A stretch of DNA of 63,111 nucleotides, filler included, from Hausera hauseri (taxonomy: Eukaryota): the NCBI GenBank assembly GCA_046269625.1. It is 11 parts of 11 records of this genome, joined end to end, with 100 filler letters (N's around TTAATTAATTAA, not from the genome) between each part and the next. Parts side by side here need not be neighbours in the genome. Positions count along the whole stretch, not along the records: positions 21,192 to 27,186 come from JBJURY010156645.1; positions 27,287 to 31,365 come from JBJURY010774980.1; positions 31,466 to 35,835 come from JBJURY010613110.1; positions 35,936 to 40,167 come from JBJURY010686550.1; 7 more parts are not named here. One strand, 5' to 3'. Every line of letters starts with the position of its first letter. Position 1 is the first letter of the stretch. A program made the translations under genes and the position numbers. Of this stretch, positions 25,294-39,012 are shown one piece after another. The notes beneath the pieces were generated by a model, which made no database searches, was not told the DNA's origin, and saw only the letters and a program-made list of their open reading frames with translations.

Positions 25294-26037
25294 ATGCCAG
25301 TAAACATTAATTTGATGGGACAGTGTTCTAACGCGCCTGTCGGAGCAGAAGCAAACCAACCTTACAGTTCTTCCATATATCAGGGCAAACCACGCACATT
25401 GGAAGTAGACATGAACACTGATACCAATATTTTCCGAGAAGGTGACCAACGCGATCAGCTGGGAATAAACTATAATTCTTGCAAACCATCTACGTTGAGA
25501 GAAAACAGTGCCAGTTCTAATAAAATACAACTGATAGGAGAAGACGTCGTCTTTCGGACCGACAATTTCCCAGCGGTCTTCAAAACTGGTAGATTTAACA
25601 CAACACTTGCCCCACCAGAAGCAATCATCGCTCCGACCACCACTGTTCCAGTAGATTACCAGACTTACACCTACTCCTGGCCAAAGACCGCTGAATCTCA
25701 TAAACACCCCCTAGTACTAGAAACCGTCGGCAATCAAACTGCTATTTACCCAGAAGTTGATAACATTTATGTCTGCTCAAATTACAAATGGCCATCAAAC
25801 TTAGCCGGGTCTAGAAAACCACTATCAATGCTAAACGCTGTGACAATTAAGAATGGCATTCGTCCGGAAGATGGTCAGACCAATAATTACGGCAGCTTGA
25901 AGACTGATGAATTTTGTAAAACGTCCCTGAGCTATAATATAAAAACAAAGAACGACCCAGCAGCAGCAGTTTTAACAAATGAATTGTCTGAATTATTAGA
26001 CGAGATGTTTCCTAATGACTCAGTCGACAACAACTAA
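25294..26037 (+). CDS. Unknown 247-aa ORF/exon; its 3' half is duplicated at ~26385-26894
   Basis: YGSLKT.EFCKTS..NIK.KNDPA..V.TN..S.LL..FP.DSVDN is present in both copies. Confidence 0.45.
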   Translation: MPVNINLMGQCSNAPVGAEANQPYSSSIYQGKPRTLEVDMNTDTNIFREGDQRDQLGINYNSCKPSTLRENSASSNKIQLIGEDVVFRTDNFPAVFKTGRFNTTLAPPEAIIAPTTTVPVDYQTYTYSWPKTAESHKHPLVLETVGNQTAIYPEVDNIYVCSNYKWPSNLAGSRKPLSMLNAVTIKNGIRPEDGQTNNYGSLKTDEFCKTSLSYNIKTKNDPAAAVLTNELSELLDEMFPNDSVDNN

Positions 26038-28599
26038 CAAAGAAATCACAGCGGTTTTGTAATAACACTGTTTATTTGTATCTAGTATCTAAGTCAGTTT
26101 TTCTCTACCGACTTTGCATATTCACGCCTTCATCTTACAGTCCTACCATCTTCCTTTTATATCTTTTTGGTTGTTTCCACGTTGCACCTTTCAGCATCAT
26201 GGTTGAAATGTGTGTCTTGATTGACATTCTAATGTTATTAAAGATTTCTTTCACTTCCTGTGCCCATCTGTGCCATTCTCTGTAGAATTTCGGTAGAAAT
26301 CACGATGTGGTGTCTGATTTCTATGCAACCTCACCAAATGGCCAAACCATTACATTCAAATTTAAGTATATTCCATACTTCGTTTTACACCTACTTCTGG
26401 CCAAACACCACTAAGTTTCAAAACAACCACAAGCACTAGGAACCGTCGGTAATCAGACTGCTATTCACCCAGAAGTTGACAAAACTTATGCTTGCTCAAA
26501 TTATCGATGGCCATCAAACTCAATTGGCTCTAGAAAATCACTATCATTGCTAAACGAGATGACAACTGTGACTGACATTCTTCCGGAAGATTGTCAGGCC
26601 AATGATTACGGCAGCTTGAAGACTAGTGAATTTTGTAAAACATCCATGGACGATAATATAAAACCAAAGAACGACCCAGCAGAAACAGTTTTTACGAATG
26701 GATTTTCTGATTTATTAGAGAAATTATTTCCTGATGACTCAGTCGACAATTCTTATGATTCAGGTGAAGTTCAGACATTACCGAATCCTTTGGCATATGG
26801 TAATCACTGGCCACATCCATTGATCACGCCAGTTACCGAGACTCTGGATCAGCATTCTGATTCACAAGATCTCAAAATATTGCTAGAATTTTAGTAAAGA
26901 AGCCATGCATATTGAATAAATTAAAGTTTACTACCGCTTCCAGGTTTTCAACCGTGACACACACACAATACATAACAGGGGGAATTACATGTAGGATTGA
27001 AATTTATTGGTAATACAAATAAAAGAAAACGATAATGTGTGTCTTTCACTCCGTGTGTTTTTCTGTGCCGTTCTCGCGATTTCTTCTTAAATAATGGCTA
27101 TAGAAATCGCGGTGTGATTTCTGTGCAACGTCACCAAATGGCTAAACCATTACATTCAAATTTCAGTAAATGTTGTCGCATCCTTCNNNNNNNNNNNNNN
27201 NNNNNNNNNNNNNNNNNNNNNNNNNNNNNNTTAATTAATTAANNNNNNNNNNNNNNNNNNNNNNNNNNNNNNNNNNNNNNNNNNNNCCTAAAACTATTAC
27301 AATTCAATTTATTGAATTATTCTTCTCTAGTTAAATATCCATTTTTCTGATAGTTATCAAGTTATAAGCTAGTCATTCCCTCACACTTTACAGATACTTT
27401 TCGCCAGAATAATATAAAACAAACATTTATTGACATTTCAAATTTCCATATATACGAGTCCATTCGGGCCGATTAATTAATGCTCCCGTTGATTCAATTC
27501 AAATGTTATCATTTACAGTTTAAAAATTTTAATAAACAAAAATAATATAGAAAATAATATAAATCAATGGTGACGACAGCAAAACGAAGTCAATCTGCTT
27601 ACCAATTTCATTTTCATTATTATTATTTCTCAGCGAATTTGTAGCGTCCATTTTCAATTTTTATGAAAGTATAGTAAATCGGATCAAAATTCTTGAACTG
27701 AAAATTGTATTTGGAGAAGACGTAATACCGTATTTCACAGCAACCGTTTATCAATTATTCTAGCATTAATACATTAACATTTATGAATTCAACAACTCGT
27801 TACTCTTTACGAGTTGGATCCTCTAATAGCCAATATAAAATTCACTGTTTAAGAGCGTTATTAATTGTTGTTCTGTTGTGAATTACACGGAGTTTATATA
27901 CTGTTCTGGAAAGATATATTTTTAGAATTTTCATTACTGTATCGTTTCATTCCATTTTTGGAAATAGTCATCCAATTTTCAAAATCATGTGTCATCTAAG
28001 TCTTGTCATTTCTTATTTTTAGAAATTGAATCATCTTAATGTTTCAATTCTCAGAATTATGAATTATTTCATCTAGTATTGGATTTTCAAAAGTGTATAT
28101 TGTTTTATTTGTCAATTCATTTTATTCGTCTAGGTGGCCGTCACCAAAATTTGGATACATTAATTTTACAGATAACAGTGTGATAAAAATGCCCATCATG
28201 TGGGGCTTAACAAGATGAAAATAAAATAAAGGAAATGAAAGGAAAATTAATGATGATGTTTAATGAAATGTACATGAGTATCATACAAAGATTTATGTCA
28301 CATGAAATGTACTTCAAAAATGTTCAGTACAAAACAAGATGAAAATGAAATAAAGTAAATGAAAGGAAATGAAATGTACTTAAAAATATTCAATACAAAA
28401 GTTTATGACACTTCTTTTTAGTCTTCTAAGTGACACTTGTTTTTGGTCTTCTAAGGTATAGTAATCTTCTAACAGACACTTGTTTTGGTCTTCTAAGGTA
28501 TCGTAACAATTGCACATGTACAATACATAACCCTGAGAATTGCCATAATACAATTAGGATCTATTATGGCCACAAATTCAATCGAATCCTTTATTATAT

Positions 28600-31365
28600 T
28601 TGCCCTGTGATGGTGAATACATGCAGTTCTATGAGGATCATAAGGATTATCTGACCGACTTTGCATCAAAATCCAAGAAGATCATATTTAATGAGCATAT
28701 GCCAGTTGCACAGTCCACAGTACAGTTTGCAGCACAGTCCGCAGTGCAGTACGCAGTACAGTCCGTAGTACAGTCCGCAGTGCAGTCCACAGGAATAAAA
28801 TGCCCATCAGGTCCATCAGATGCCTCAGGCTCAACAGGTGTAGCGGCTCCATCAAAAAGCCAAAGACAGCGGCCAGTTGATGCTGCTGCATTAAAGAATA
28901 AAGTCCGCAAATATGTCATTGATGCAGCTGGGCAAAGAACCATCAAGGAGTTCCTGGAATATGCAAAGGAAGAAACAGAGGGGATCCTCCAGGACAATAT
29001 GACTGAGCTCAAGGCCCTTAAGGTTAATATGAAACTTGAGGCCACATACGTCAATGTCGATGCTGAAGAATCAAATAGGGCCTTCAAGACCAAAAATAGG
29101 CCCATATTGGAAAACACAAATATAGCTGATTGGCTGCATGAAGAGCATACAAAGCTGATCCGTAAAACCGATGACAGGCAGGATAAGAAGAGTGGATGGA
29201 CTCGGGCAAACATAAAGAGACTGCTTGTGTATGTGTACAAATACTCTCCCATGCGAGGCAGTTCATATATACAGCTACCGGACTGGATCGCTAATAAAAA
29301 AGCATATGTCAATGCTCTTAATAATGACAACATGTGCTTTATTTATGCCATTCTATCAAAACTTGTAACGGATGTAAACCATGCTTACCGTGTTTCACTA
29401 TATAAGGATGTGCAGAACAACTACAACTTTCAGTTTATCACATTCCCTCCATCCATAGATGAAATCAAGAAGTTCAGCTGCATCAACAAGATATCCATCA
29501 ATATCTTTGAATTGGATGAAGAGAACAAATTCTACCCATTGCAAATATGTGATGCTGAATTGGAAGATCACAGCGATCTGCTCTTACTAGATGATGGTGA
29601 TAAGAAACATTATGTTTGGATAAAGAATTTTGAGCGTTTAGTCAGATCCAAAATAACAAATCATGAACACGAAATCGAAATATGCAAAAGATGCTTATCG
29701 CATTTAAGCGGTAAGTTAGCTGTGGAGAAGCTGAATGAGCATATGATGTATTGTAAAAACAATTATTGTGCAAGGTTAGAATTTCCCGAAGAGGACTATA
29801 TCGAATTTAAGGAATTTGAGAAGATCAAGGCCTCAATTATCATCTATTGCGACTTTGAGATTATTCTCAGACCAGTCCATACATGCAGTCCCAGTCCTCA
29901 ACACAGCAGTACAGCGGCATACCAATACCACGAACTATCATCGTATTGTATGTATGCCAAAGGATTGAACAGTGAACGATATCTATTCAGGGGTCCAGGT
30001 GCAGCAGCACATTTCATGAAGAGACATGAAGACATGGCTCATAAGCTTAAAAAAATGCTGCAAAAACATAAGGACGACATGAGCATGTCTTGGATGCAAG
30101 AACAAGAATGGCGCACGGCAACATCATGCTACTTGTGCGATAAGTCCTTCACCAAGGAAAATTGGAAAGTTAAAGATCACTGCCATTTCATAGGTGCATA
30201 TCGGGGCGCAGCATGTAAGAACTGCAATCTACGATGCAAAACATGCACATATGTGTCTGTAATATTTCACAATCTCAGCGGCTATGACAGCCACTTCTTA
30301 GTCCGAGAATTAGGCAACATTGATGGTAATATAGAAGTGATCTCCAGCAGTGAGGAGAAATATATCACTTTCACTAAGCATGTTGGTAAAATCCGATTTC
30401 GCTTCATCGATAGTTTTCGGTTCATGTCGTCTTCACTGGACAGTTTAGTGAAGACCCTGCCTGCCGAATAACTCAAGGAAACGAAGCGATTATATCCGGA
30501 TACCTTTGAACTAGTTAAAACGAAATGAGTGTTTCCCTATGATTAGATAACATTATGGGAAACACTGGATGAGTCCTCATTACCGCCCAAGGATGGTTTT
30601 TACAGCCATTTATCGGACTGCTATATCAATGATGAGGACTATCAGTATGCTCAAAACGTCTGGCGGGCATTCCAATGCAGATCACTAGGGGAATATAGTG
30701 ATATATATCTTAAAACCGATGTACTACTGCTGACAGATGTCTTTGAAAATCCAGCTCGTTTCTTCATGACTCCAGGGATGAGCTGGGCAGCAATGCTGCG
30801 CTATACCGGTATCAGTCTGCAAATCATTAAGGATTACGACAAGATCCTTATGATCGAAAGAGGCATTAGAGGGGGAATATGCCGAGCCATTCACTCGAAT
30901 ATAGCGAGGCCAACAACAAGTATATGGCTGAATACGACTCAGCAAAGAATTAGTCATATATTTCTTACCTGGATGCCAACAACTTGTATGGATGGGCAAT
31001 GAGCGCCCCATTCCCATACGATAATTTTAAGTGGGTTGAGCATCCTGGAGACATTCCTATCATGGACCTGGATCCTGCTGGAGATATGGCTACATAATGT
31101 TGATGGATTTGGAATATCCGACTTCCATCCACACAAGGCATCAACAGCTGCCTTTCCTCCCTGAAAGCAGGCCACCGCCCCGTGGAAAGCAGAGAAAGCT
31201 GCCCTTCCATTTGGGTAATAGGGAGAGGTATGTAGTTCACTACGTTAATCTCCAGCAAGCAGTTAAACATGGACTCCGCATTACAAAAATCCACAGAGCC
31301 CTCCAATTCAGCCAGTCCATGTGGTTGCAGTCCTACATTGATCTAAACACCAAGTTGCGGACAAA
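28600..31365 (+). pseudogene. Polinton/adintovirus protein-primed DNA polymerase B, disrupted after 30471 and truncated by the contig end
   Basis: GSSYIQLP; DNMCFIYA; YCDFE (ExoI); VKDHCH..YRGAAC..CNL; FHNLSGYDSH (ExoII); FIDSFRFM; ERGIRGG; YLDANNLYGWAMS. Confidence 0.95.
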
Positions 31366-31806
31366 NNNNNNNNNNNNNNNNNNNNNNNNNNNNNNNNNNN
31401 NNNNNNNNNTTAATTAATTAANNNNNNNNNNNNNNNNNNNNNNNNNNNNNNNNNNNNNNNNNNNNGAAAATATTGATCAGCGATGTCCAAACATATTACA
31501 CACCACTAAATACAACTATTCAATGTATGAAATCCCCGAAAATCATACAAAAAGAAGATCCAGAATGCAATTTGATGTGAGAAACATTTACGAAAGTTAC
31601 AAAGACAGTCCAGTAGCCGTATCAATAACCACTCCATATCCCACAAAACGCGAACATGTAGTACAGTATATTAAATATCAAACAGAAATCCAACCGGACT
31701 AGTCCTTGAGCGTAATCGAATTACTCCAGAATTTGAACTTTATTCCACGAGAGAAAGAAGAACCAGAGAAAACATTTTTAGTGAACTTTATTTACGTAAT
31801 TTAGAG

Positions 31807-32450
31807 TGTACAATTTGTTACGTAAACTCAGTAAAAGTTATCTTTTTACCTTGTGATTATTTGAAGACATGTGAGAAGTGTTCAAATTAAACAACGAACT
31901 GTCCAGTGTGTAAAAGTCATATAGAAAGAAGAATAACATATTTTCAATTTCCAGAAATGAGCGGCAAGGATATCTCTGCTTTACTTGATCAATAATTGAT
32001 AAATCGGTGTGTGTTTGATTCTAATAAATAAATATTCATTTGTGTACGATTCTCTTTGATAACGATTTAAAGTAATACAATTGAATAAATTTATTTATAG
32101 AATCATTAGATGCGAATAGTGTGACTCCAGTCAACCTCAATAAATGGACAATCCAGTTAATGACTATAAAGAAACAGCCACCCAAAATAGTTCACGAATG
32201 GTACAGACTATATAACAACCCCCTACTTATTAGGGTAGTGGAATTAGGATACTCCAAGGACCTGACAATAACTGCTACAAAAATCGATAAAAAGGCCGAC
32301 ATTAGTCGTACAATTTGGACCTGTTTAATCTGTAGAAAAAAATCAATAGAATACGATTCATTTACCGTACGGATACATTATTCATTGTAAAAACTGTGTA
32401 ACTAAACATTCTATGTTATTGAAATATACTGTGTGAATTACCCATAGAAG
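31807..32450 (+). pseudogene. Two decayed IAP-type C3HC4 RING fingers, the second preceded by a UBA-like segment
   Basis: CTICY..VIFLPC.YLKTCEKC..CPVCKSHI; NPLLIRVVELGYSKDL..WTCLICRKK..CKNC. Confidence 0.55.
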
Positions 32451-33017
32451 AAATCTATACTATATACGTATAATAAAATGGATATAAACTTAGTCTTCTT
32501 TAATAACAATGGCGCAGAGACATCACTACAATATTCGATCCCAAGGACGATTAACACAGAATTAATTAACAGCGATTAACGAAATTGATTAAAACAGAGA
32601 AAACATTAGTTCTGTATTAGTTTAGACGCTTTAAGTACAGCATCAGATCCAGAATCGTTACTTGACATTAATTTACTGCAATTGTCTCCCGCTCCAGTAC
32701 AATACCAGTGGGTACGAGGAGTTAATGGGCGACGAAGGCCACCTCGAGGGCAATATCGCAATGCACCCAATTCACGTCAGTTGGCACAGAGAATAGTTAA
32801 TCAGGAATTAGAATGCTGAACACGTTACGAAGTACACTAAGTGAATGTAGATGACCTAAGAATAAGACAGAATCAGACGGATGTTAACATCCGACAGCTA
32901 ATTAGAGAGATGCAAGATAAACCCCGATAGAGGAAATGACACAGTAGAGACAAGTGTCATGAATAATGGTACAAGATTAAATAGAAACGAAAAAAAACTA
33001 TACAAATAGAAAAGAAA

Positions 33018-34960
33018 GTGAACGATAGCAGCATAAGCTTAAACGAATTGGAAGAGAGAAATGACCAGCTTATACAAAATATAAATGCCCATTCCAGACA
33101 AATGCATAATTTACAACAACAGACTATTGACAATATAGCAGCAATACATAGAAATAGAGAACAGATTGATAATAACGAAAGACAAGCAAGTCAAAGGCTA
33201 AATGGAATGCAAAATCAAGTAACAATTATAGTACGCGAGCAAGAACAAATACAAGTGGAAAACAATTACACCAGGAATCAAATAGAAACGTTAACTCGAG
33301 GTATAAATCAATTAAATAAACGTCTCGAACAAGTAAAGACAGAGGAAATGATGACTCGACGACAAGAAGTACAATCTCCAGAGTTTTCAGCGGAACTAAG
33401 TTCCATACCTTGTGAAACCGCCGACACTGATAGCGGCAACATGGAATTGCTAAGGAATAACCGAGAGTCGTTGGCTCACGAAGACGAGCGCAACTGTGAT
33501 CTAAATAATAGCGCCAATTACGGCCTACTAAACTGTAATGAAAGAAGAAGAGAAGAGAAATACCAGATGCCTCCTGGCCTTCAACCATATGAAGGGCGAA
33601 TGTAAGACTTGGAGGACTTCTTAGACGAATACGATTCATTAGCAACAGTCATGCATTGGGACGACGCAAAGTAAATATTTCTACCAGTGCATGTAAATAA
33701 CGACCTGTGAATGGCGATAACTCGCCTACCTAGACGAATGGATAAAACTTGGACATCACCGATAAAGCATTCTACAAAATCAACAGGTTAGCATACAAGA
33801 AAATCGATATTTAAAATTCCAAAACTGTAAACAGAAACCAAATGAAGAGGTATTGACATACATTAATAGATTTAAAACAGCAATGAATAAATACTTTGGC
33901 CTGAACGCACAAGCTTTTAGTGATATGATCATGAAACAATTTGTACCTAGACTTCTACCACCCTTACGAGGAGTTAAATTCCATACAGCCAACAATTTTA
34001 AATAGCTGATAGAATACACCCGACGAATGGCAACCCGGATAGACGAAACACCTTTGTGGACTAATCAAACACAGATCGCAGCAGTAGCCACGACACCATT
34101 ACTAGTAAGGCCAGATGTACCAAATCGCAGCAACTCACCTTCGAAAGACCCTTCGAAAAGCCAAAACCCTAATCGACAAGGCAATAACACACCGCAGAGA
34201 AGCAGTACTCCGGAAAGAGAAAGCTATAACCAATCATCTAGAAACCACAACAGTAAACAAAGGGATACGCAATATCAAAGAAATAAAGGATATTATGATG
34301 ATCGACAACGAAATGATCGGAGGTATGATAGACCACGAGATTACTCAAGAGATAGAAATGACAATGGAAATCGATTATCTAGTAGAGAAAGGTACAGTAA
34401 TGTTCGGAATTACAGTCGCTATGAGAATAGAAACAATCAAATGAACCCATATGATAAACGAGACGATAGTCAAACACGATATCCAACTAATCGATGGCAA
34501 GGATCAGGATCTAACTATTTCAATAATAGGCGAAGCGAAAGTCGCGAAAGATTTAGAAGAAATGATAGCGGAGAACGATATAGTAATTTAAATAGGAACG
34601 ATAGCAGAGAAATGATAACCGAAGAGGCGATAGCAGGTATAATCTGTTCTGTATAATCCTTGAACCGATACCAGAAACAGGTATAACGATTCAAGATCTG
34701 GAAACTATAACAGAAGACGTGACTATACCCCACCTCGACGAGAATCAGATAGATACAATACAAATCCCAGTCCATATCCTCAAAGACCGAAATTAAACCC
34801 CTTCTCCTAGGCCAAGCAATAATAATGAGAAATATACTCGATCGACAGATTACAATTTCAGACGAAATGAGTCTCCATCAAATAGAAATACTTCCCCATC
34901 CAGATATGATAGAAATACGATATCAGAATATCCCAAATACTCTAATGAAAGAAAGTTAGA
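33018..34960 (+). mobile_element. Decayed retrotransposon gag-like region (coiled coil, capsid-like segment, R/D/S/N-rich tail)
   Basis: PYEG...LEDFLDEYD..ATVMHWDD.K; CKQKPNEEVLTYINRF (MHR-like); no pol follows in this contig. Confidence 0.6.
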
Positions 34961-35935
34961 TTCAACAATACCATCCTATAGTAGTTCCACAAAGGAAAAA
35001 GGTGTTGTAGAATGATAGCGGTGGGTTTAGGTGCTATCCCCTTCCAACATATTAAGGCGTTAATAGTTTCATTCCTCGTTTTATGACTGAAGGTGTGACG
35101 TTCGTGGGCGGTCCGACAATTAAATTGTCTGCTCAGATCAACATCCTTTAATATTGGGCATGTCTTTCACAGGGTTAGCGTACTTAGATGAATATTTTGA
35201 CAAGTTGGCTGTCGAAAGAAAGAGTTAAATCAGACTCATACTACCCTGCAGATGAACATAATAATATTCAGAATTTACCCTTTATCTAATACTCGTATGA
35301 TATGAATGCATATATAGAAGGAAAATTAATTATAATTCTTATAGTTTGCTGCTATCCTTCATAATTACGTAAGCAACTGCAAATTGTCTTTCATTTTTAT
35401 TGTACGTTACTTCGCTCCTCCGAGTTAGCAGTCGTGATCATATTTTAGTCATTTCTAAATTTTCGCTATGACTATTAATTTGGAATCTTGTTAATTAAGA
35501 AACTATTGATTAAGAATCGTATTAATGGTTTCGTCAATACTTTTATACGAACCTAAAGCTGTACTTACGTCCAAAGCATTTAACAGTCACTTCATGACGG
35601 AAAAGAAAATCAACGCTTAATTACCAGCTGTTTTAGAGATAACACAATATTATATGATTTACATAATTCCTTTTCATACTCGGTACCACCGTGAGAATCC
35701 TTTCATCCATTACAGCAGAAACGTTATTCGCTGAGAATGCCATTCTACTATTTATTAATACAAAAATAAATTTTCTAAGTTTCTCAATTACTTTGGTTTA
35801 TGGATTGTCATAGTCGATTTTTTATTTAATCCCTANNNNNNNNNNNNNNNNNNNNNNNNNNNNNNNNNNNNNNNNNNNNTTAATTAATTAANNNNNNNNN
35901 NNNNNNNNNNNNNNNNNNNNNNNNNNNNNNNNNNN

Positions 35936-38900
35936 ACAGATAATCATCATCTTTTGTCGATTCTGATGAATTATCGTCAATGGTGGAATTAGAACATTCA
36001 TAGTTATCGCTGATTTGTTCATTATTATTACGATGGTATGAAGTATGACACTTGACTTTCGACTGATTCACGAGGAATATTTTATACTTTGAGTCGCTTA
36101 TACGTTCCGATTCAGTCAAACTCTTTTCCTTTTTATCTTCATAATTAACACAAGCATCACTCCAATGTCGAACTTTGTCTTGATTAGAATCAACGATCAT
36201 CTGAGATCGTGCTTGCATTCCAAAGTCTGCATTATTCAACATGGATCCGTCAATGTCAACATTCCACTTATAGAATTGGCGTAAATCCTGCGAGTCTGAT
36301 GTAACCGGTCTATTGCGTAATTGAGTGGTATCATCCAACTGATTCGGTATATATTCGGAAATAATCAATGGCTCATCTAGATCATCGACGAATTGCTTAG
36401 CTGGTTTTTCCGGAACAGAAACTAATTCTTGAATATTATCCGACATTGGCGAATTACTCGCAGATACTGTGTCTAAATTCTTCTGATTGGTTGAATGTTG
36501 TTCTTGTTGGCTTTGATCAATTGACGAAATTTCACATTCTTTTCCTGTTGTACACAACGGCTGCACTATAGCACGATCTATGTCTTCAACGTTCGACGGT
36601 GAATGGTTCGATAATACGTCTTCCATAATATCAAGCTCTGTTTGGTTTGAATGTAATATACAACTTTCTGATTTATGTTCACTGGTGACCGCAACTTCAT
36701 TCTGGTTCATTTCAATGTGCCTTTCGTCCATCAAAGGTGATGATAAACCATTCGTGGATAATTTAGGACATTCGCAAACACTTGAAATCGGGTCTGATAA
36801 TGAACATTTTAGTACATTAGCGTTTTCATCAATTCCATCTGTTTCGCAATTGTCCGATTTGGAATCACACTGTTCTGGATCGGTTTCAAATGACATTTTT
36901 GTCGACTGTAGTGAGCTATTTTCTGATATGTCTTTCTTAGTACTTTGCGATTTATGTGAGCTTTTCGGAATAGGAAATAACGTAGGGCATTTGCCACCAC
37001 TTCTCAGTGGCCAGGTTTTTGTTATTTGCCCATCCCGTAACGCAACATCACACAATTCAATAATTTGTGATTCGTCAGCAACTGATCGAACTTCGGAATT
37101 GTCTATTTGGTTTGATTCCGCCGATGTTTCGGTGGATAGAAATGAAGTGTCAGATAAAGTATCTTTGCCAGCAATTTGAGATTTCTGTCCAATTTCTGAT
37201 TTAGGAAGCTGGATAAGGGTTTGAGCATTATTTATCAATGGATTCGATAATTCATTCGTGGACAAAGGCATTTGCGGTATTTGTTTCGATAAAGGACTGA
37301 TATTTTCTGATCCATTTACAATTTGTTCATTGGATAAAATTGATAAAGTTTGATCAGATTTTGATTCAATGCAAGTTTCTACAGACTTAAATGACGTTTC
37401 GATGAATATGTCTCTTGGAGCACTTTGGGATTGATGTCTTCTTTTAGGTTTGGAATAAGTTGTTAATCTCGTAGTACCGCTTCTCAATGCCCACGTTTTG
37501 ACTAGTTTATCGGATGATCTTGATAAGTTTGTGGATTTACAATTAATTTCACGATTATTCGATTCAATATCCGTTGAAGTTCTAACTTTCGATACTTCTT
37601 CATTCGGTTGAGGAGAATTTGTTACCGTTTGCAAGCAGCCATCTGTCGACAGATCGCTGATCAAACTTTGAGATCCAGTTAGAGCTTTACCTTCATCAAA
37701 TAATTCAACATTCGAATATTCAAATTCATTCACCGAATGATTAATTGCGTCTTGAATATCCGAAACCTCATTCGACGATGGCACTTCTGACAGATTTGTT
37801 AACGTTTTCCGTTCATGAGCATTTGAAATACTTTCAGCAGTATTTAGATTTTCCATTTCATTCGAATATTCGAGTGCGTTTGATTTGTCCGCTTTACTTG
37901 GAGATAATTCAGCATTTCCTTGCACATTCGAGTCTTCTTTCGACACTCCGACGATTTCACTTACATCACCGCATTGATCGAGTTTCGAAACAAATGGAAC
38001 ATCACGGATTGTTGCATAGGATTTGAGATTTTTTGTCGCTTTCGGAACTGAAGTGTATACTTTGCAACCTCCTCTTAATACTCTAGTCTTGACTGATACT
38101 TCTGATTCATTCGACGTAACCGTGGAATTTTCATTGACCTTTTCTAATGAACTACCGTCTTCTTTCGGACTTTGGTAACTCGACTTGATGATTTTCGGAG
38201 ATCTGTTAAAAGAAGAACCACTTCGTAATATTCGAGACTGCAACAGGGTATTTGGTGTTTCATTATCAGTAACTATTGGAGATGAAAGGTTACTGTTAAT
38301 TCGATTTATTTTCGAATTGGGCGATGACGTAATTACCGTAAGTGGTGACAGAGATTTCTGTGCCTTTGTATCATTAACACTGTTGTCCAACGAGATGCTA
38401 TTAGAACCGTAGGACGATTCCGTTGATTTCAATTGCTTCGTCGCTTTGACATTCTTTCGAACAATCTTTTTCGTAACGTTTCCCATATCAGACGAGATGT
38501 GATTATTTTGAACAGATTCACGATGAAACGATGTCGACAGACTGTTAGCCGTACAAGATAAAGAATCATCGGTGTCATAGTCAACTAAGCGAACTGTTGA
38601 TAAAGTCTCGTTATTATTTGGTGTAATTTGCAAATCCGAAACTGAGTTGTAATCACTAATAAATGTCAATTTATCAGCATTGCACGTGCTTGTCAATGAT
38701 GGGTTATTTTCTTGACTTATTGTACATTCTGTTCTTATATCTTCATGTCCTACATTATTCGGTTCGGCAATTAATTCGATATTCGATAAACAATCATGAA
38801 TCGCCGTCATTCGATCTCCTAAGTCCGTTGAGGTTCGTAAACTTATATCTTCGAATACCGACATTTCACTTTCCTCTGGTACTTTATAGTTATCTCCAGT

Positions 38901-39012
38901 AACAATCGTCTGTGATTCGCTATTGGATGAACAAAACGTATTAATGTTTGCAGCTTTGTTCGGTGACTCAACGGACAAAAACTCATTTTCAGCACGAGTT
39001 TTCTTTTTCTTT
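35936..39012 (-). CDS. Large Ser/Asn/acidic low-complexity exon (>1000 aa) with internal repeats; product unknown
   Basis: Uninterrupted ~3.1-kb ORF in AT-rich DNA; ttttag acceptor near 39013; four (R/W)xLR(S/G)G motifs. Confidence 0.75.

Noticed and set aside
12418-31365. A single complete Polinton made from the capsid cassette (contig 2) and PolB (contig 5 or 10)
   Set aside because: They are on different contigs separated by spacers, so linkage cannot be inferred
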